64,000 bases of DNA from an uncultured virus (IMG/VR IMGVR_UViG_3300041964_000089) (taxonomy: Duplodnaviria > Heunggongvirae > Uroviricota > Caudoviricetes): IMG/VR virus record IMGVR_UViG_3300041964_000089. One strand, 5' to 3'. Numbering within the stretch: the stretch's first letter is position 1; each line of letters begins with the position of its first letter. Made by a program: the position numbers and the translations under genes. The notes below the pieces were generated by a model, which saw only the letters and a program-made list of their open reading frames with translations, did no database searches and had not been told where the DNA came from. This document shows, piece after piece, positions 10,237 to 18,698 of this stretch.

Positions 10237-10327
10237 CTTTTAACGGAACACTTTTAATTCCTATTCCCCGTGATTGATCACGTAAACCCGCACCCCCGGT
10301 CTGCAAAGCGTCATTAACAATATCAGC

Positions 10328-10537
10328 TTAATTATTGCTAAACCAAATTAAAAAATCTTCTACACTGTTAAATTTTTTAGTGAGTGGATGATCGTTCAGA
10401 TTGTTGAATAATGCGTCAAAAAAACTACGAATGAACCATTGGTCGTCTGGCGACCATGCACTTAAGTCCGCTTTTGGATGCTGCGATGTATTTGGTAGTT
10501 CGGTTGATTCATTGTGCATTATTTTGTTATTATTCAA
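10328..10537 (-). CDS. Small protein with NDHPLTxKFN domain (paralog of 28199-28672)
   Basis: WFIRSFFDALFNNLNDHPLTKKFNSVEDFLIWF. Confidence 0.65.
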   Translation of the reverse strand: MNNNKIMHNESTELPNTSQHPKADLSAWSPDDQWFIRSFFDALFNNLNDHPLTKKFNSVEDFLIWFSNN

Positions 10538-10594
10538 ATAATGTAAATTATTGTTTGGTTTTGCGTGTAAATTTTAAGTCAAAAAGGACGTTGA

Positions 10595-10705
10595 TGGACG
10601 TTGATCGAATCGAACGATCAAGTTTTCCGGTCAACAGTAGTTGCGTCACGGGGTCTCAACTCCCATCTTTAACAGTGCATCTCCGGGACTGGTCCCGCCA
10701 CGTCC
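10595..10705 (-). ncRNA. tRNA-like RNA with expanded central domain
   Basis: GGACGT/ACGTCC-A acceptor stem, perfect T-arm GATCG-TTCGATT-CGATC, non-canonical middle. Confidence 0.55.
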
Positions 10706-10710
10706 AAAAA

Positions 10711-10777
10711 GCGACTATTGCTTACACGCAATTTCACTGGGTCAAAATTCAGCGCCAGTGCTGCCCCGGTTCGTCGC
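10711..10777 (-). ncRNA. Candidate multibranch structured RNA
   Basis: GCGAC/GTCGC closing stem with CACTGG/CCAGTG and ATTGC/GCAAT arms. Confidence 0.35.
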
Positions 10778-10810
10778 TAATCTGATAATAACCTATTGGC
10801 AACCAGAAAG

Positions 10811-11104
10811 TTAACGTACTGTGCTAGCTGTGCTAGCTGTGCTAGGTGGAAACAAATCGCGGTAACTCATCCCCACACGTTCGCAAGACACTGCAAAGTT
10901 GGCTAAATTCCTGACTTCTTGAATTTTTCGCAATATTGTTGTTAATTCTGCGGGGTTTGTAATAATGCCAGCTAGCGCTTTTGCATATGTGATCGAAGCT
11001 TCATTGACTATTGCGTGCAGTTCTTGCTCGGCGTCATTTTTGGGTGGATGGTAAGAAAATAAATTTTCAAGTTTTTCTAAAAACTCAGTATTTTCTATTG
11101 GCAT
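10811..11104 (-). CDS. Acb2/Tad1-like helical-hairpin protein (putative nucleotide-signal sponge)
   Basis: LENLFSYHPP...E.....RKIQEVRNLANFAV resembles the F.YH.P...KLEEA.MWAN.AIA family pattern. Confidence 0.6.
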   Translation of the reverse strand: MPIENTEFLEKLENLFSYHPPKNDAEQELHAIVNEASITYAKALAGIITNPAELTTILRKIQEVRNLANFAVSCERVGMSYRDLFPPSTASTASTVR

Positions 11105-11295
11105 ACGATTGTGATCTCTCTATTTAGACATTAAAATTATAATTGATTATGTCTTGATCGCCCCCAAATTTCCTGAATTATTGAGGTCGTAAACGTGCTA
11201 CAATAAAAGCACTAAAAAGTCTAGACCGCAAAAAATTAAATTTTTGCATCTTAGATGTATAGCCCAAAGCCATTACCAAGCAAAGTTGTAATCTG

Positions 11296-11381
11296 TGGGG
11301 ATGGTGGGGCTCGAATCCACAAAACCCTGGCAGGTTGTCCGGTTAGCAGCCGGATGCGTTTTCCAGTTCCGCCACATTCCC
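11296..11381 (-). tRNA. tRNA with GCT (Ser) anticodon on a Leu-type body
   Basis: GGGAATG..CATCCCC-A; anticodon arm TCCGG CTGCTAA CCGGA; long variable arm; mismatches at 4:69 and 53:61. Confidence 0.75.
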
Positions 11382-11456
11382 AAGTAAAATGCAGCGGCGA
11401 TACTTTGAATTAGGACCTCAAAGCATCGTCGCTTATTCTACATTTTTTGCAAAATG

Positions 11457-11966
11457 TCATTTATTGTAAAAATGTTCAACTATTCTAACTGGAAGCGCAC
11501 AAGTACTAGAAAGTTTACAGGAAACTTCTGCCGCCTCTTTAGCTGTTTTGCCTAACAACAACGCTGCTTGTGCAAAATCACCGCCACTGCCGATCGCATC
11601 AAAATTTTCAACTTTGTAAACATCAATTCCACCGTAAACACGAAACAACTGGTCTTGAAACGCAATTAAAAATTGAGACGTTGGCATTCCAACATTATAT
11701 TTCGACTGACAAAGGTTAACATACTCTATTAAAAATTCAATCATTCCATCTTCACAAGCACTTTTTGGAACATGAGTTTTAGCAAAAATTCTCATTAAAG
11801 TATTAAACAAACACTGTCCTGAATGACCTACTGTCAAATCGTTTTGCTGCCAAAGTTTAGAGACAAGCGTATTGTTATCAGTAATAATTGTGTTATCTGC
11901 TGTCATTAAAGAATCACGAGCAAAAACAATTTTGTTGTCGGTTTTAATGGCTGCAATTACTGTCAT
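11457..11966 (-). CDS. HslV/proteasome-beta-like Ntn protease
   Basis: N-terminal (M)T, ARDS, SK and AIGSG motifs. Confidence 0.75.
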   Translation of the reverse strand: MTVIAAIKTDNKIVFARDSLMTADNTIITDNNTLVSKLWQQNDLTVGHSGQCLFNTLMRIFAKTHVPKSACEDGMIEFLIEYVNLCQSKYNVGMPTSQFLIAFQDQLFRVYGGIDVYKVENFDAIGSGGDFAQAALLLGKTAKEAAEVSCKLSSTCALPVRIVEHFYNK

Positions 11967-12016
11967 ACATTTGCGTGTTGTAAACTACTATTTAATACTA
12001 ACAAGTTTTTACTCAT

Positions 12017-12406
12017 TTAAAATATTTTTACAATTAAAATAATAATTAAACCAATCAACGCGATCGCACCCAACACATAACAACTGTTGAGCGCCCAGCA
12101 TTTATCCAACAAGCAAGCTTTGGCATACGGCACAACCCACCACTCAAAATCAAACCACTCTGTACCACCATCAATTTTACCCCGATACTTTCTCACCAAT
12201 TCAAACTGTTTGTGCAGGGACTGTTCTACAAACAGCATATTGAACGTCCAAGCAACTTGCAACAGTTTTAGCTGAGTGCCGTAGGATTGTTTGAGGTATC
12301 GCAGTCGGGTTGCAGGCGATCGGGATAAGCCTATTTTGTAAAGTTGCGCGGCGGGGTCGTAAATTAGGTAGACGTATCCTGGAACGGCGTGATTGTGTTT
12401 TTGCAT
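12017..12406 (-). CDS. GIY-YIG (T5orf172/Mug113-like) protein with C-terminal TM helix
   Basis: GYVYLI...YKIGLS..P..RL...E..LH..F...GGTEWF. Confidence 0.8.
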   Translation of the reverse strand: MQKHNHAVPGYVYLIYDPAAQLYKIGLSRSPATRLRYLKQSYGTQLKLLQVAWTFNMLFVEQSLHKQFELVRKYRGKIDGGTEWFDFEWWVVPYAKACLLDKCWALNSCYVLGAIALIGLIIILIVKIF

Positions 12407-12601
12407 GACCTAATTTTATTTACCTCTACTTTGTTTTTCACGTTGGAACTTTTCGGCTTTCCACCCCGCCCTAGCATAAGGATGAATTAAATCTTCTTTC
12501 TTGCCACCCCAAGCATAATGATACTGCCCTTTTGTAAATTCAAAGTCTTGTTCTGGTGTCATAATTTAGTTAAACTTCAATTTCTGATTTATTTCATCAA
12601 A

Positions 12602-12868
12602 CTATTCTTTTCCGTAGTGGCTATATAGCAGTTCTTTAGCCTTGGTGGTCAGCTTGTATTGTTTCTCGCTAACTTCTTCTACCAATCCCGCTTGCACCAA
12701 GTTTGGATGCCGGTGCGTTGTGGTAACAGCATCCCAAGAATTTTGCTCAATACATTTGGTTAGTAGCCAAGTAAGCATCGACTCGCATTCGCTAGTATGA
12801 GACAAGCCCAATCCAGCTAGCATTCCAAAAGGGTTTTGTTTACGTGTGTTAAAGTCTTGTGGTTTCAT
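12602..12868 (-). CDS. Hypothetical protein (winged-helix-like)
   Basis: LVQAGLVEE...YKLTTKAKELL. Confidence 0.5.
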   Translation of the reverse strand: MKPQDFNTRKQNPFGMLAGLGLSHTSECESMLTWLLTKCIEQNSWDAVTTTHRHPNLVQAGLVEEVSEKQYKLTTKAKELLYSHYGKE

Positions 12869-12900
12869 GGCGATTCTCTAATTAATTTTTGCGTAACGAA

Positions 12901-14379
12901 TTAAACTTCAATTTCTAATTTACTTCTAACTTGATATTGGATATTGTAAGCATCTAACACTTTGTGAAGGCGTTTTCGTGCTTTTACCCATTTTTGATTG
13001 TCGCCGGGACGCGCTTTGTAAACGCGGTTGCAAATGTGGCGCTGGTTTTGCATTTTGTCAACCAGCCACAGCTTTAAAATCCAGTTTCGCTCAGTGGTTG
13101 ATATGTCTCCTTTGAGTGCAATCGCGTTTAATGGCTCGTTCATGGTTTGCAGAAAATTTTGGAAGGTTTCCAAAGGTTCGCTGAGCACGTCAACTTCCTT
13201 GGGCATCACGTATTGAGCGAGCGCGACAGCGTTAGTACGATCAACTGCATCACCCATCCCAACACTTACGGTACGCTCTTCAACCCTTCCAGAGATTGTG
13301 GCCCAAGCATCAGGCGTAACTACAAACTGCATCGCCCCATGCGTGATTGTGAGCGTAATTTTGGTGGAAACGCCCAGTTTTTGCTGTACTAGTCCCAGGT
13401 AAGGTCGCACCTTAGCTTCTGAGTAATCAATTCTCAATCTCACAAAAATTCGACCATCTTCGTGGGAATACGCGCCTTTATAAGAAGAAGTGATGCCCTG
13501 CGATCGCAGCACGTCCCGAATAGTCCGAGCAACAATCGTGCTTTGCTCTATGTCATCAGGGAATGTTTCTTGAAGTTCCTCAATTGTCACCAACGCATTT
13601 TGCAGTTCAGATTCTAATTGCTCAATCCGTCCTTTTAAACGCTCTACTTTCTCGTGGTGGCTTTGCAAAAAATCTAATTTAAACTTTTCAAACTCAGCTT
13701 CGCGCAAATGGCAAATTTCTTCAAACTGCGCCTTTTCAGCATCGTAATACTCTTGGATTTCCTGAGCTTTTTCTTCTTGTAAAGTTTCTAATTGAGCTAT
13801 CAACTCAGCCTCGCGCTGCAATAAAGCTTGTTCCCGCGCAGCCAATTCGGCATTTTGCTGTTCGCAGTATTGGTCAAATTGAATTTGCTGGCGATCGGCA
13901 AAAGTAGAAACTTCTGCAAGTTTTTGAGCTTTTAGATTTTCTAACTCCGCCCTTAGCTCATTTTCGTCTTCGCTGACAGCTTGTTCTCGCGAGGTGATTT
14001 CAGCTTCACGTTCTGAAAGAACCATACGTTCAGCACTCAACAAAGCGTCAATGCGCTGCCGGGAAAGTTCTTCCTGCAATCCGAGAGTTTCTTCAATCGA
14101 AACTAACTCAGCTTGCCGGATGCTGATAATTTCTTCTATCCCCGCGACTTGTTCTTCTAAAGTTTTAATTGATTGATTAAGGTTTTTCCATACCTCAAAA
14201 AACCTCGGCGACATTTGGAGGTAAACCAGCCCCAATAAAAACCCTCCGGCTTCGGCAATTACACTGGCATTGCCGAGAAGCACTCTGGATGCCACTACGC
14301 CACCAAAACTAGCAATAGCTAGTGCATACCGAAGGGTTTTCTTAAGCAGCTTCCTCCATTTAATAGGAGGTAATTTCAT
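12901..14379 (-). CDS. Membrane-anchored coiled-coil protein
   Basis: Two N-terminal TM segments and a long E/Q-rich coiled coil. Confidence 0.7.
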   Translation of the reverse strand: MKLPPIKWRKLLKKTLRYALAIASFGGVVASRVLLGNASVIAEAGGFLLGLVYLQMSPRFFEVWKNLNQSIKTLEEQVAGIEEIISIRQAELVSIEETLGLQEELSRQRIDALLSAERMVLSEREAEITSREQAVSEDENELRAELENLKAQKLAEVSTFADRQQIQFDQYCEQQNAELAAREQALLQREAELIAQLETLQEEKAQEIQEYYDAEKAQFEEICHLREAEFEKFKLDFLQSHHEKVERLKGRIEQLESELQNALVTIEELQETFPDDIEQSTIVARTIRDVLRSQGITSSYKGAYSHEDGRIFVRLRIDYSEAKVRPYLGLVQQKLGVSTKITLTITHGAMQFVVTPDAWATISGRVEERTVSVGMGDAVDRTNAVALAQYVMPKEVDVLSEPLETFQNFLQTMNEPLNAIALKGDISTTERNWILKLWLVDKMQNQRHICNRVYKARPGDNQKWVKARKRLHKVLDAYNIQYQVRSKLEIEV

Positions 14380-14561
14380 CTACGTCTCCACTTGTTGGTA
14401 ACAAAAGTGGCTGCAAAGGCAATAACAGCCGCAGTAAACCAAATTACTAAGCTATTGCTTGTAAATTTTTGCTTGGAAAGCACCAGCGAAAAATTTATAA
14501 TCCTGGGCGCTAGATGCGCTGCTAATACCCCGCAGATAAAGAAATAAAGCTGCTTTTGCAT
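14376..14561 (-). CDS. Small membrane protein
   Basis: Two hydrophobic segments; start/stop coupled to neighbours. Confidence 0.55.
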   Translation of the reverse strand: MQKQLYFFICGVLAAHLAPRIINFSLVLSKQKFTSNSLVIWFTAAVIAFAATFVTNKWRRR

Positions 14562-14562
14562 C

Positions 14563-14946
14563 TTAGACCTCGACGGGGATGCGCGGGCTAGATTTGATGC
14601 TGTTGGCAGCAGCCGATCGGAAAGAATCGCTTGCGCTGGTAGTTCCGTTTACCTTTAGGTTTTTGATTTTGAGCTGAAGCTGTTGACCTTGACCTTTTAG
14701 TACACCCATCGATCGGGTGAAGCTCAAGTCGGTTTGGGCGATCGCTTCGACTTCAAGAGCAATTTCGTGCCGGATAGAAGCCGTGTCGCGCTTAACTTCC
14801 TGAGTGTCCGCCTTGATCTTCTGGGTTTCTTCCCAGGCTTTTGCACCGCGCTCCTTGTGTTTCCAGCCTGCTTTCGTGTGGTTTTGCACCACTTTTTTGC
14901 TGGCTGCAATTTCTGTTTCGTAAGCTAAATCGGTCGTTAAACTCAT
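14563..14946 (-). CDS. Hypothetical protein
   Basis: 127-aa ORF with GAGG RBS. Confidence 0.55.
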   Translation of the reverse strand: MSLTTDLAYETEIAASKKVVQNHTKAGWKHKERGAKAWEETQKIKADTQEVKRDTASIRHEIALEVEAIAQTDLSFTRSMGVLKGQGQQLQLKIKNLKVNGTTSASDSFRSAAANSIKSSPRIPVEV

Positions 14947-15064
14947 AATTGTGTTCCTCTTATTGATTGGTTCAGTTACAAGCCCAGAAACTGGCTCGAA
15001 CCAGCTTGTTTCTACTTTTTAGGGCAATTATCTCAGGCGTCAGTAGACTAGCCTCCTAATTAAA

Positions 15065-15388
15065 TTAATGCCCAAGAATTCGCTTGCAGTACGCCGCAGT
15101 TTCTCTTTTTGTAGTAGACATATCTCCTTGTAACTGAACAAGGTCTGACTTTACCCGATCAAGCTGGTAGTTCTGCTGACTTGCGCCTAAAATTGTACCA
15201 ATACCCAAACCTGCAACTCCACAAATTCCACCAATAACAAGTGCTGTTTTTAGCGCCGTAGGTTGTTGTTGATGAGGCTTAAAAGTTGTTCCTATCGCAG
15301 GCGTTCCAGTTTCCAAATTGATAATATGTTGAGGTTGACTATCAATACTTATTGTGATTGAATGTTTTTGGTCTAAATATTGCTGCAT
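15065..15388 (-). CDS. Single-TM hypothetical protein
   Basis: Gly-rich TM segment followed by a coiled coil. Confidence 0.55.
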   Translation of the reverse strand: MQQYLDQKHSITISIDSQPQHIINLETGTPAIGTTFKPHQQQPTALKTALVIGGICGVAGLGIGTILGASQQNYQLDRVKSDLVQLQGDMSTTKRETAAYCKRILGH

Positions 15389-15678
15389 TTTTTATCGTTC
15401 TCCAATAATTCAATCCAAAGATGCCCATCTAAAATCGCCATGTGCTCAGTCGGACTGATGCCATGACAAAGCGCGTTGTCAGATTCATCTCTTACTTTCC
15501 ATTCCCATTTCTCGGTCTTAGAAACAATTATTGTGAATCCTTGGGGAATAAAAACCTCTGGATGGGTCGAAGTTATTTGCCTCCAGTATTTGCGTCTAAA
15601 CAGTATCTGCGCGCAAATATTAATTATGTTTTGCAAAGTTTTTGTGGATAGCGAACCAAATAAAATTTTTAACATCAC
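15373..15678 (-). CDS. Hypothetical protein
   Basis: 101-aa ORF in operon context. Confidence 0.5.
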   Translation of the reverse strand: MMLKILFGSLSTKTLQNIINICAQILFRRKYWRQITSTHPEVFIPQGFTIIVSKTEKWEWKVRDESDNALCHGISPTEHMAILDGHLWIELLENDKKCSNI

Positions 15679-15868
15679 ACAATCCCTGCCATTTGATAAA
15701 CGCTTTCGAGGTCAATTTTGTAGTTAATTGGTGATCGAAACAAACTTTTAACCCATCCCCACATCTGCTTTTCTCCTGTTGTTGATGACTTAGACACTTT
15801 CAATATCAATTCCGCAATTTGTCGATTGCTAAGCTGGCTTAATAACTCGGGCAAAAGTGTTTCAGGAG

Positions 15869-16507
15869 CTAAAGTTTGACTCCGAGATTCTTGAGCGCAG
15901 CGTAGGCATCCAGTGGCGTGGCAGCCCCCGTTTGTACTGTTTGCGCGTATGTCTGCGAGGATAGTTGCGAGTTTGTCAAAAAATCATCACCCGCGCTGTC
16001 TTTGAAGAGTTCGTTGAGCCGATCGCGCGATTCTTGGCCTTTCTGAAACACAGCATCCCGAACAAGCATTGCACCCTCCCTCTCCTTGGTGGCGCGAACA
16101 AGCTCTTTCACGACACCAACACGCAATCCATCGTCAGCGGCTTGCTGAATCTCCGTTTCCAATATGTGAGCTTGCTGGTTTTCGGATGCCGCCATCGCGT
16201 TTGAGAGCGCGGTCTGTTTCTGTTCGGCAATTCCAAGCTCTTGTTTTTCTGACTTGGCTAAAATTTCTGGAGATTGCTCGATCGCACCGTCACTCTCTAC
16301 TTGATTTGTCGGTTCGGATTTGGGTATTTCAATTGCGGGCTGTAATTGATGCCTAGAATTTTGAGCAAACTCTTGCTTGATAGCCTTTACCTGTTCCGTT
16401 GAAAATATCGTTTTAAACCCTACATTTTTAATACTCAACTGAACAGCCAACCGCAACACTTCAGCATCTGAAATTTGTAATTCAAGAGCTAATTGCTTAA
16501 GTTTCAT
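15869..16507 (-). CDS. Hypothetical protein with IF2_N-like N-terminal HTH
   Basis: MKLKQLALELQISDAEVLRLAVQLSI; start chosen after GGAGG. Confidence 0.55.
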   Translation of the reverse strand: MKLKQLALELQISDAEVLRLAVQLSIKNVGFKTIFSTEQVKAIKQEFAQNSRHQLQPAIEIPKSEPTNQVESDGAIEQSPEILAKSEKQELGIAEQKQTALSNAMAASENQQAHILETEIQQAADDGLRVGVVKELVRATKEREGAMLVRDAVFQKGQESRDRLNELFKDSAGDDFLTNSQLSSQTYAQTVQTGAATPLDAYAALKNLGVKL

Positions 16508-16890
16508 TTTTTGTTGACCTCCTTGTAAAAACAACTGTGAGTAAGATTATCGGCATTAATAATTAAATGCTGCTTTAGCTCTTCTATCAAAGGTTTGGGT
16601 TTGCGAGACATAAAGTTTTTTATGTACTTCAAAACCCACATTTGATGGTGGTTCCAGGAGGTTCCCGGAATTAATACCGCTTCGCCCGTACCGGGGTCAA
16701 ATAAATAATTGGAAAGTTTTTGACCGTCTGTTTCGGCGTAAATTTCAATTATTAATTCTTCCCATTCGTAAGCAGTTTGCCTGCAAACCTTGAGGTGCTG
16801 TTCGATAAAGTATTTTCGAGTCCACCCCGTTATGCGTTCGCGGGCTTTTTGCGACCTTAACGTGCAAATTTCAGGGGTTACTGTTGGCAT
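16504..16890 (-). CDS. Hypothetical HTH-like protein
   Basis: HLKVCRQTAYEWE. Confidence 0.5.
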   Translation of the reverse strand: MPTVTPEICTLRSQKARERITGWTRKYFIEQHLKVCRQTAYEWEELIIEIYAETDGQKLSNYLFDPGTGEAVLIPGTSWNHHQMWVLKYIKNFMSRKPKPLIEELKQHLIINADNLTHSCFYKEVNKK

Positions 16891-17104
16891 TTTCCCACCT
16901 GTCGCTTCCCGGAACAGGGCTGCTGCAAATATTCCAAAAACTGGTATAGCCTCTGATTTTTGAGTCTTCAGTCAACCGGGCGATCGCATCAGCTTGCGAC
17001 AAGGCCGGTACCTGAAGCACAAAAACTGATTCAAATCGTTCTACCTGAATTGGGTACAGTTGCAACATTTTGACCTCCAGTAGACAAGTTTCTAAACACC
17101 TCAA
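16871..17104 (-). CDS. Hypothetical protein
   Basis: Short ORF, likely starting MLQLYP after GGAGG. Confidence 0.45.
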   Translation of the reverse strand: MRCLETCLLEVKMLQLYPIQVERFESVFVLQVPALSQADAIARLTEDSKIRGYTSFWNICSSPVPGSDRWENANSNP

Positions 17105-17130
17105 ACGCTTGTAATACAGTCGATTTGAGC

Positions 17131-17194
17131 TATCAGACTAGACAGGCACTGACTAGACGTAACTCGTGTCTGGCGACCTCTGTCTAGTCTGATA
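17131..17194. promoter_or_regulatory. 15-bp inverted repeat (operator or hairpin) heading the leftward operon
   Basis: TATCAGACTAGACAG...CTGTCTAGTCTGATA with an internal GACTAGAC copy. Confidence 0.55.
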
Positions 17195-17261
17195 AACCAA
17201 CAATAAACCCCTCGCTTGGAGGGGTCAACGATAAAAAATCGTTATTTTAAAAATGTCTGCC

Positions 17262-17585
17262 TCAAAAGCCGTAATCTCTTTCCCACTCGCGTTTTAAAGT
17301 AGCAGCCCTGATTCTTGCTTGCCTTGAAAACTTCTGCCTCTCTTTCCACTTTTGAATTGTGCTGACCTGCCAACCAAAACTGATAGCGAATTGTTCGAGG
17401 CTCCAATTGAAACGGTTTTGAGCCTTGAAAAGAAGTTCTACGGGGTCAAATTCCTCTGGTTCCACAACCGGAGGGGTTAGGCCCTCTAATTTATGCGAAT
17501 TAGCTGATATATTAGTCATATCGTTGTTCTCCGTGCCTGGATTGAATAATGGTCGGCCCCGAGTGTTTGCTTCACTGCGGGGCAT
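17262..17585 (-). CDS. Cro-like HTH protein
   Basis: WSLEQFAISFGWQVSTIQKWKE. Confidence 0.65.
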   Translation of the reverse strand: MPRSEANTRGRPLFNPGTENNDMTNISANSHKLEGLTPPVVEPEEFDPVELLFKAQNRFNWSLEQFAISFGWQVSTIQKWKERQKFSRQARIRAATLKREWERDYGF

Positions 17586-17594
17586 TTCAATGGA

Positions 17595-17861
17595 TTATTG
17601 ACTCAAACTAGCTTTGGGCGTAGTCCGAAATTCCAAATCATCAATATGAACAAATTCTTGAGACAAAATTGTTATTAAAAAAGAAAAATTGTCTTCACCT
17701 ATGTCCCTTGCCACTAAAAGTTGGGGAATAGGAATCCCTTTAAGCCAAATAGCCAAAGAGCCATCTGTTTTAACTGTCCATACTGCAACTTGCTCAATGT
17801 TGATCGCGAAACAAGGAGATATATCTTCTCTACAGCGAGCGTACTCAAATCTAATTTTCAC
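17595..17861 (-). CDS. Hypothetical protein
   Basis: GTG start overlapping the upstream stop (GTGA). Confidence 0.5.
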   Translation of the reverse strand: MKIRFEYARCREDISPCFAINIEQVAVWTVKTDGSLAIWLKGIPIPQLLVARDIGEDNFSFLITILSQEFVHIDDLEFRTTPKASLSQ

Positions 17862-18370
17862 TTTTTCACCTCCATAACTTTCAACTCTCTTTCGGAAAGC
17901 CCCAAAGCTTCCTCTGCTTGCGACAAAAATGCCAGCAGTTGAACTTCGCCCATATCCACAATTTCTTGCCACTTCGCGGCAAAACTTGCACAATCGCCAT
18001 AAAAGAACTCTTGCAGCAGTTCGCACACTTTAATTTTCTGCTGACGGCGATGATCGACAAACTGGGGATTGACTCGCACCAACGGAGTCAAGTTGGCAGC
18101 ACTCCTAGACACAATCAAAGTGTTTACAGAAGGTAAATGCTTTCCGGGTTCTAGGTTTTTGGCTGCTCGAAAAATAGCAACCAACTCAAGAACGTTTAAA
18201 TTGGCAGCATCAACTAAAACACCCTCCTCAGACGGGTCTGCCGGAAAAAACACGCGCTTGAAATGAGCTACCGCTTCATTAGCATAAAGCGCTTCGACTT
18301 TGTGCTGGGATGCAATCGTTTTATTTTCAGGTTCCATCATTCCTCCTAATTGTTTTTTCGCTTCTCTCAA
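17858..18370 (-). CDS. Hypothetical protein
   Basis: Operon context; AGGAGG before MMEPEN. Confidence 0.55.
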   Translation of the reverse strand: MREAKKQLGGMMEPENKTIASQHKVEALYANEAVAHFKRVFFPADPSEEGVLVDAANLNVLELVAIFRAAKNLEPGKHLPSVNTLIVSRSAANLTPLVRVNPQFVDHRRQQKIKVCELLQEFFYGDCASFAAKWQEIVDMGEVQLLAFLSQAEEALGLSERELKVMEVKK

Positions 18371-18371
18371 T

Positions 18372-18698
18372 TCAGTCGTTTTCCGCGTCTACCAGTTCCT
18401 CCAAACCCCTGTCCCATTCGTCCATACAATAATCTTGCAAAGCCATCATTGAGACTAGAGCTATTCGGCACAGTTGAATAGCGTGAAAATCTGTGGAACA
18501 AAGAAAATCGGTATTGGTTTCATACTTTAAGCCTTGAGTAGAAGCAATTTCAGCGGCAATACGATTAACTGCTGGAACTAATTGCCAAGGAATTCGAGAA
18601 AGAGCTTTTTTGATATCTGGGTGTTCTCGTGCAATTCCTCTTGTGTATTCATTCTTAGATTCCATCATTCCTCCTGTCGGACACGGTTTTTTACTCAT
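18372..18698 (-). CDS. Hypothetical protein
   Basis: Operon context. Confidence 0.55.
   Translation of the reverse strand: MSKKPCPTGGMMESKNEYTRGIAREHPDIKKALSRIPWQLVPAVNRIAAEIASTQGLKYETNTDFLCSTDFHAIQLCRIALVSMMALQDYCMDEWDRGLEELVDAEND

Noticed and set aside
10595..10705. tmRNA or a known self-cleaving ribozyme
   Set aside because: Too short for tmRNA, no G3:U70 or tag ORF; hammerhead, twister and pistol cores not recognisable by eye
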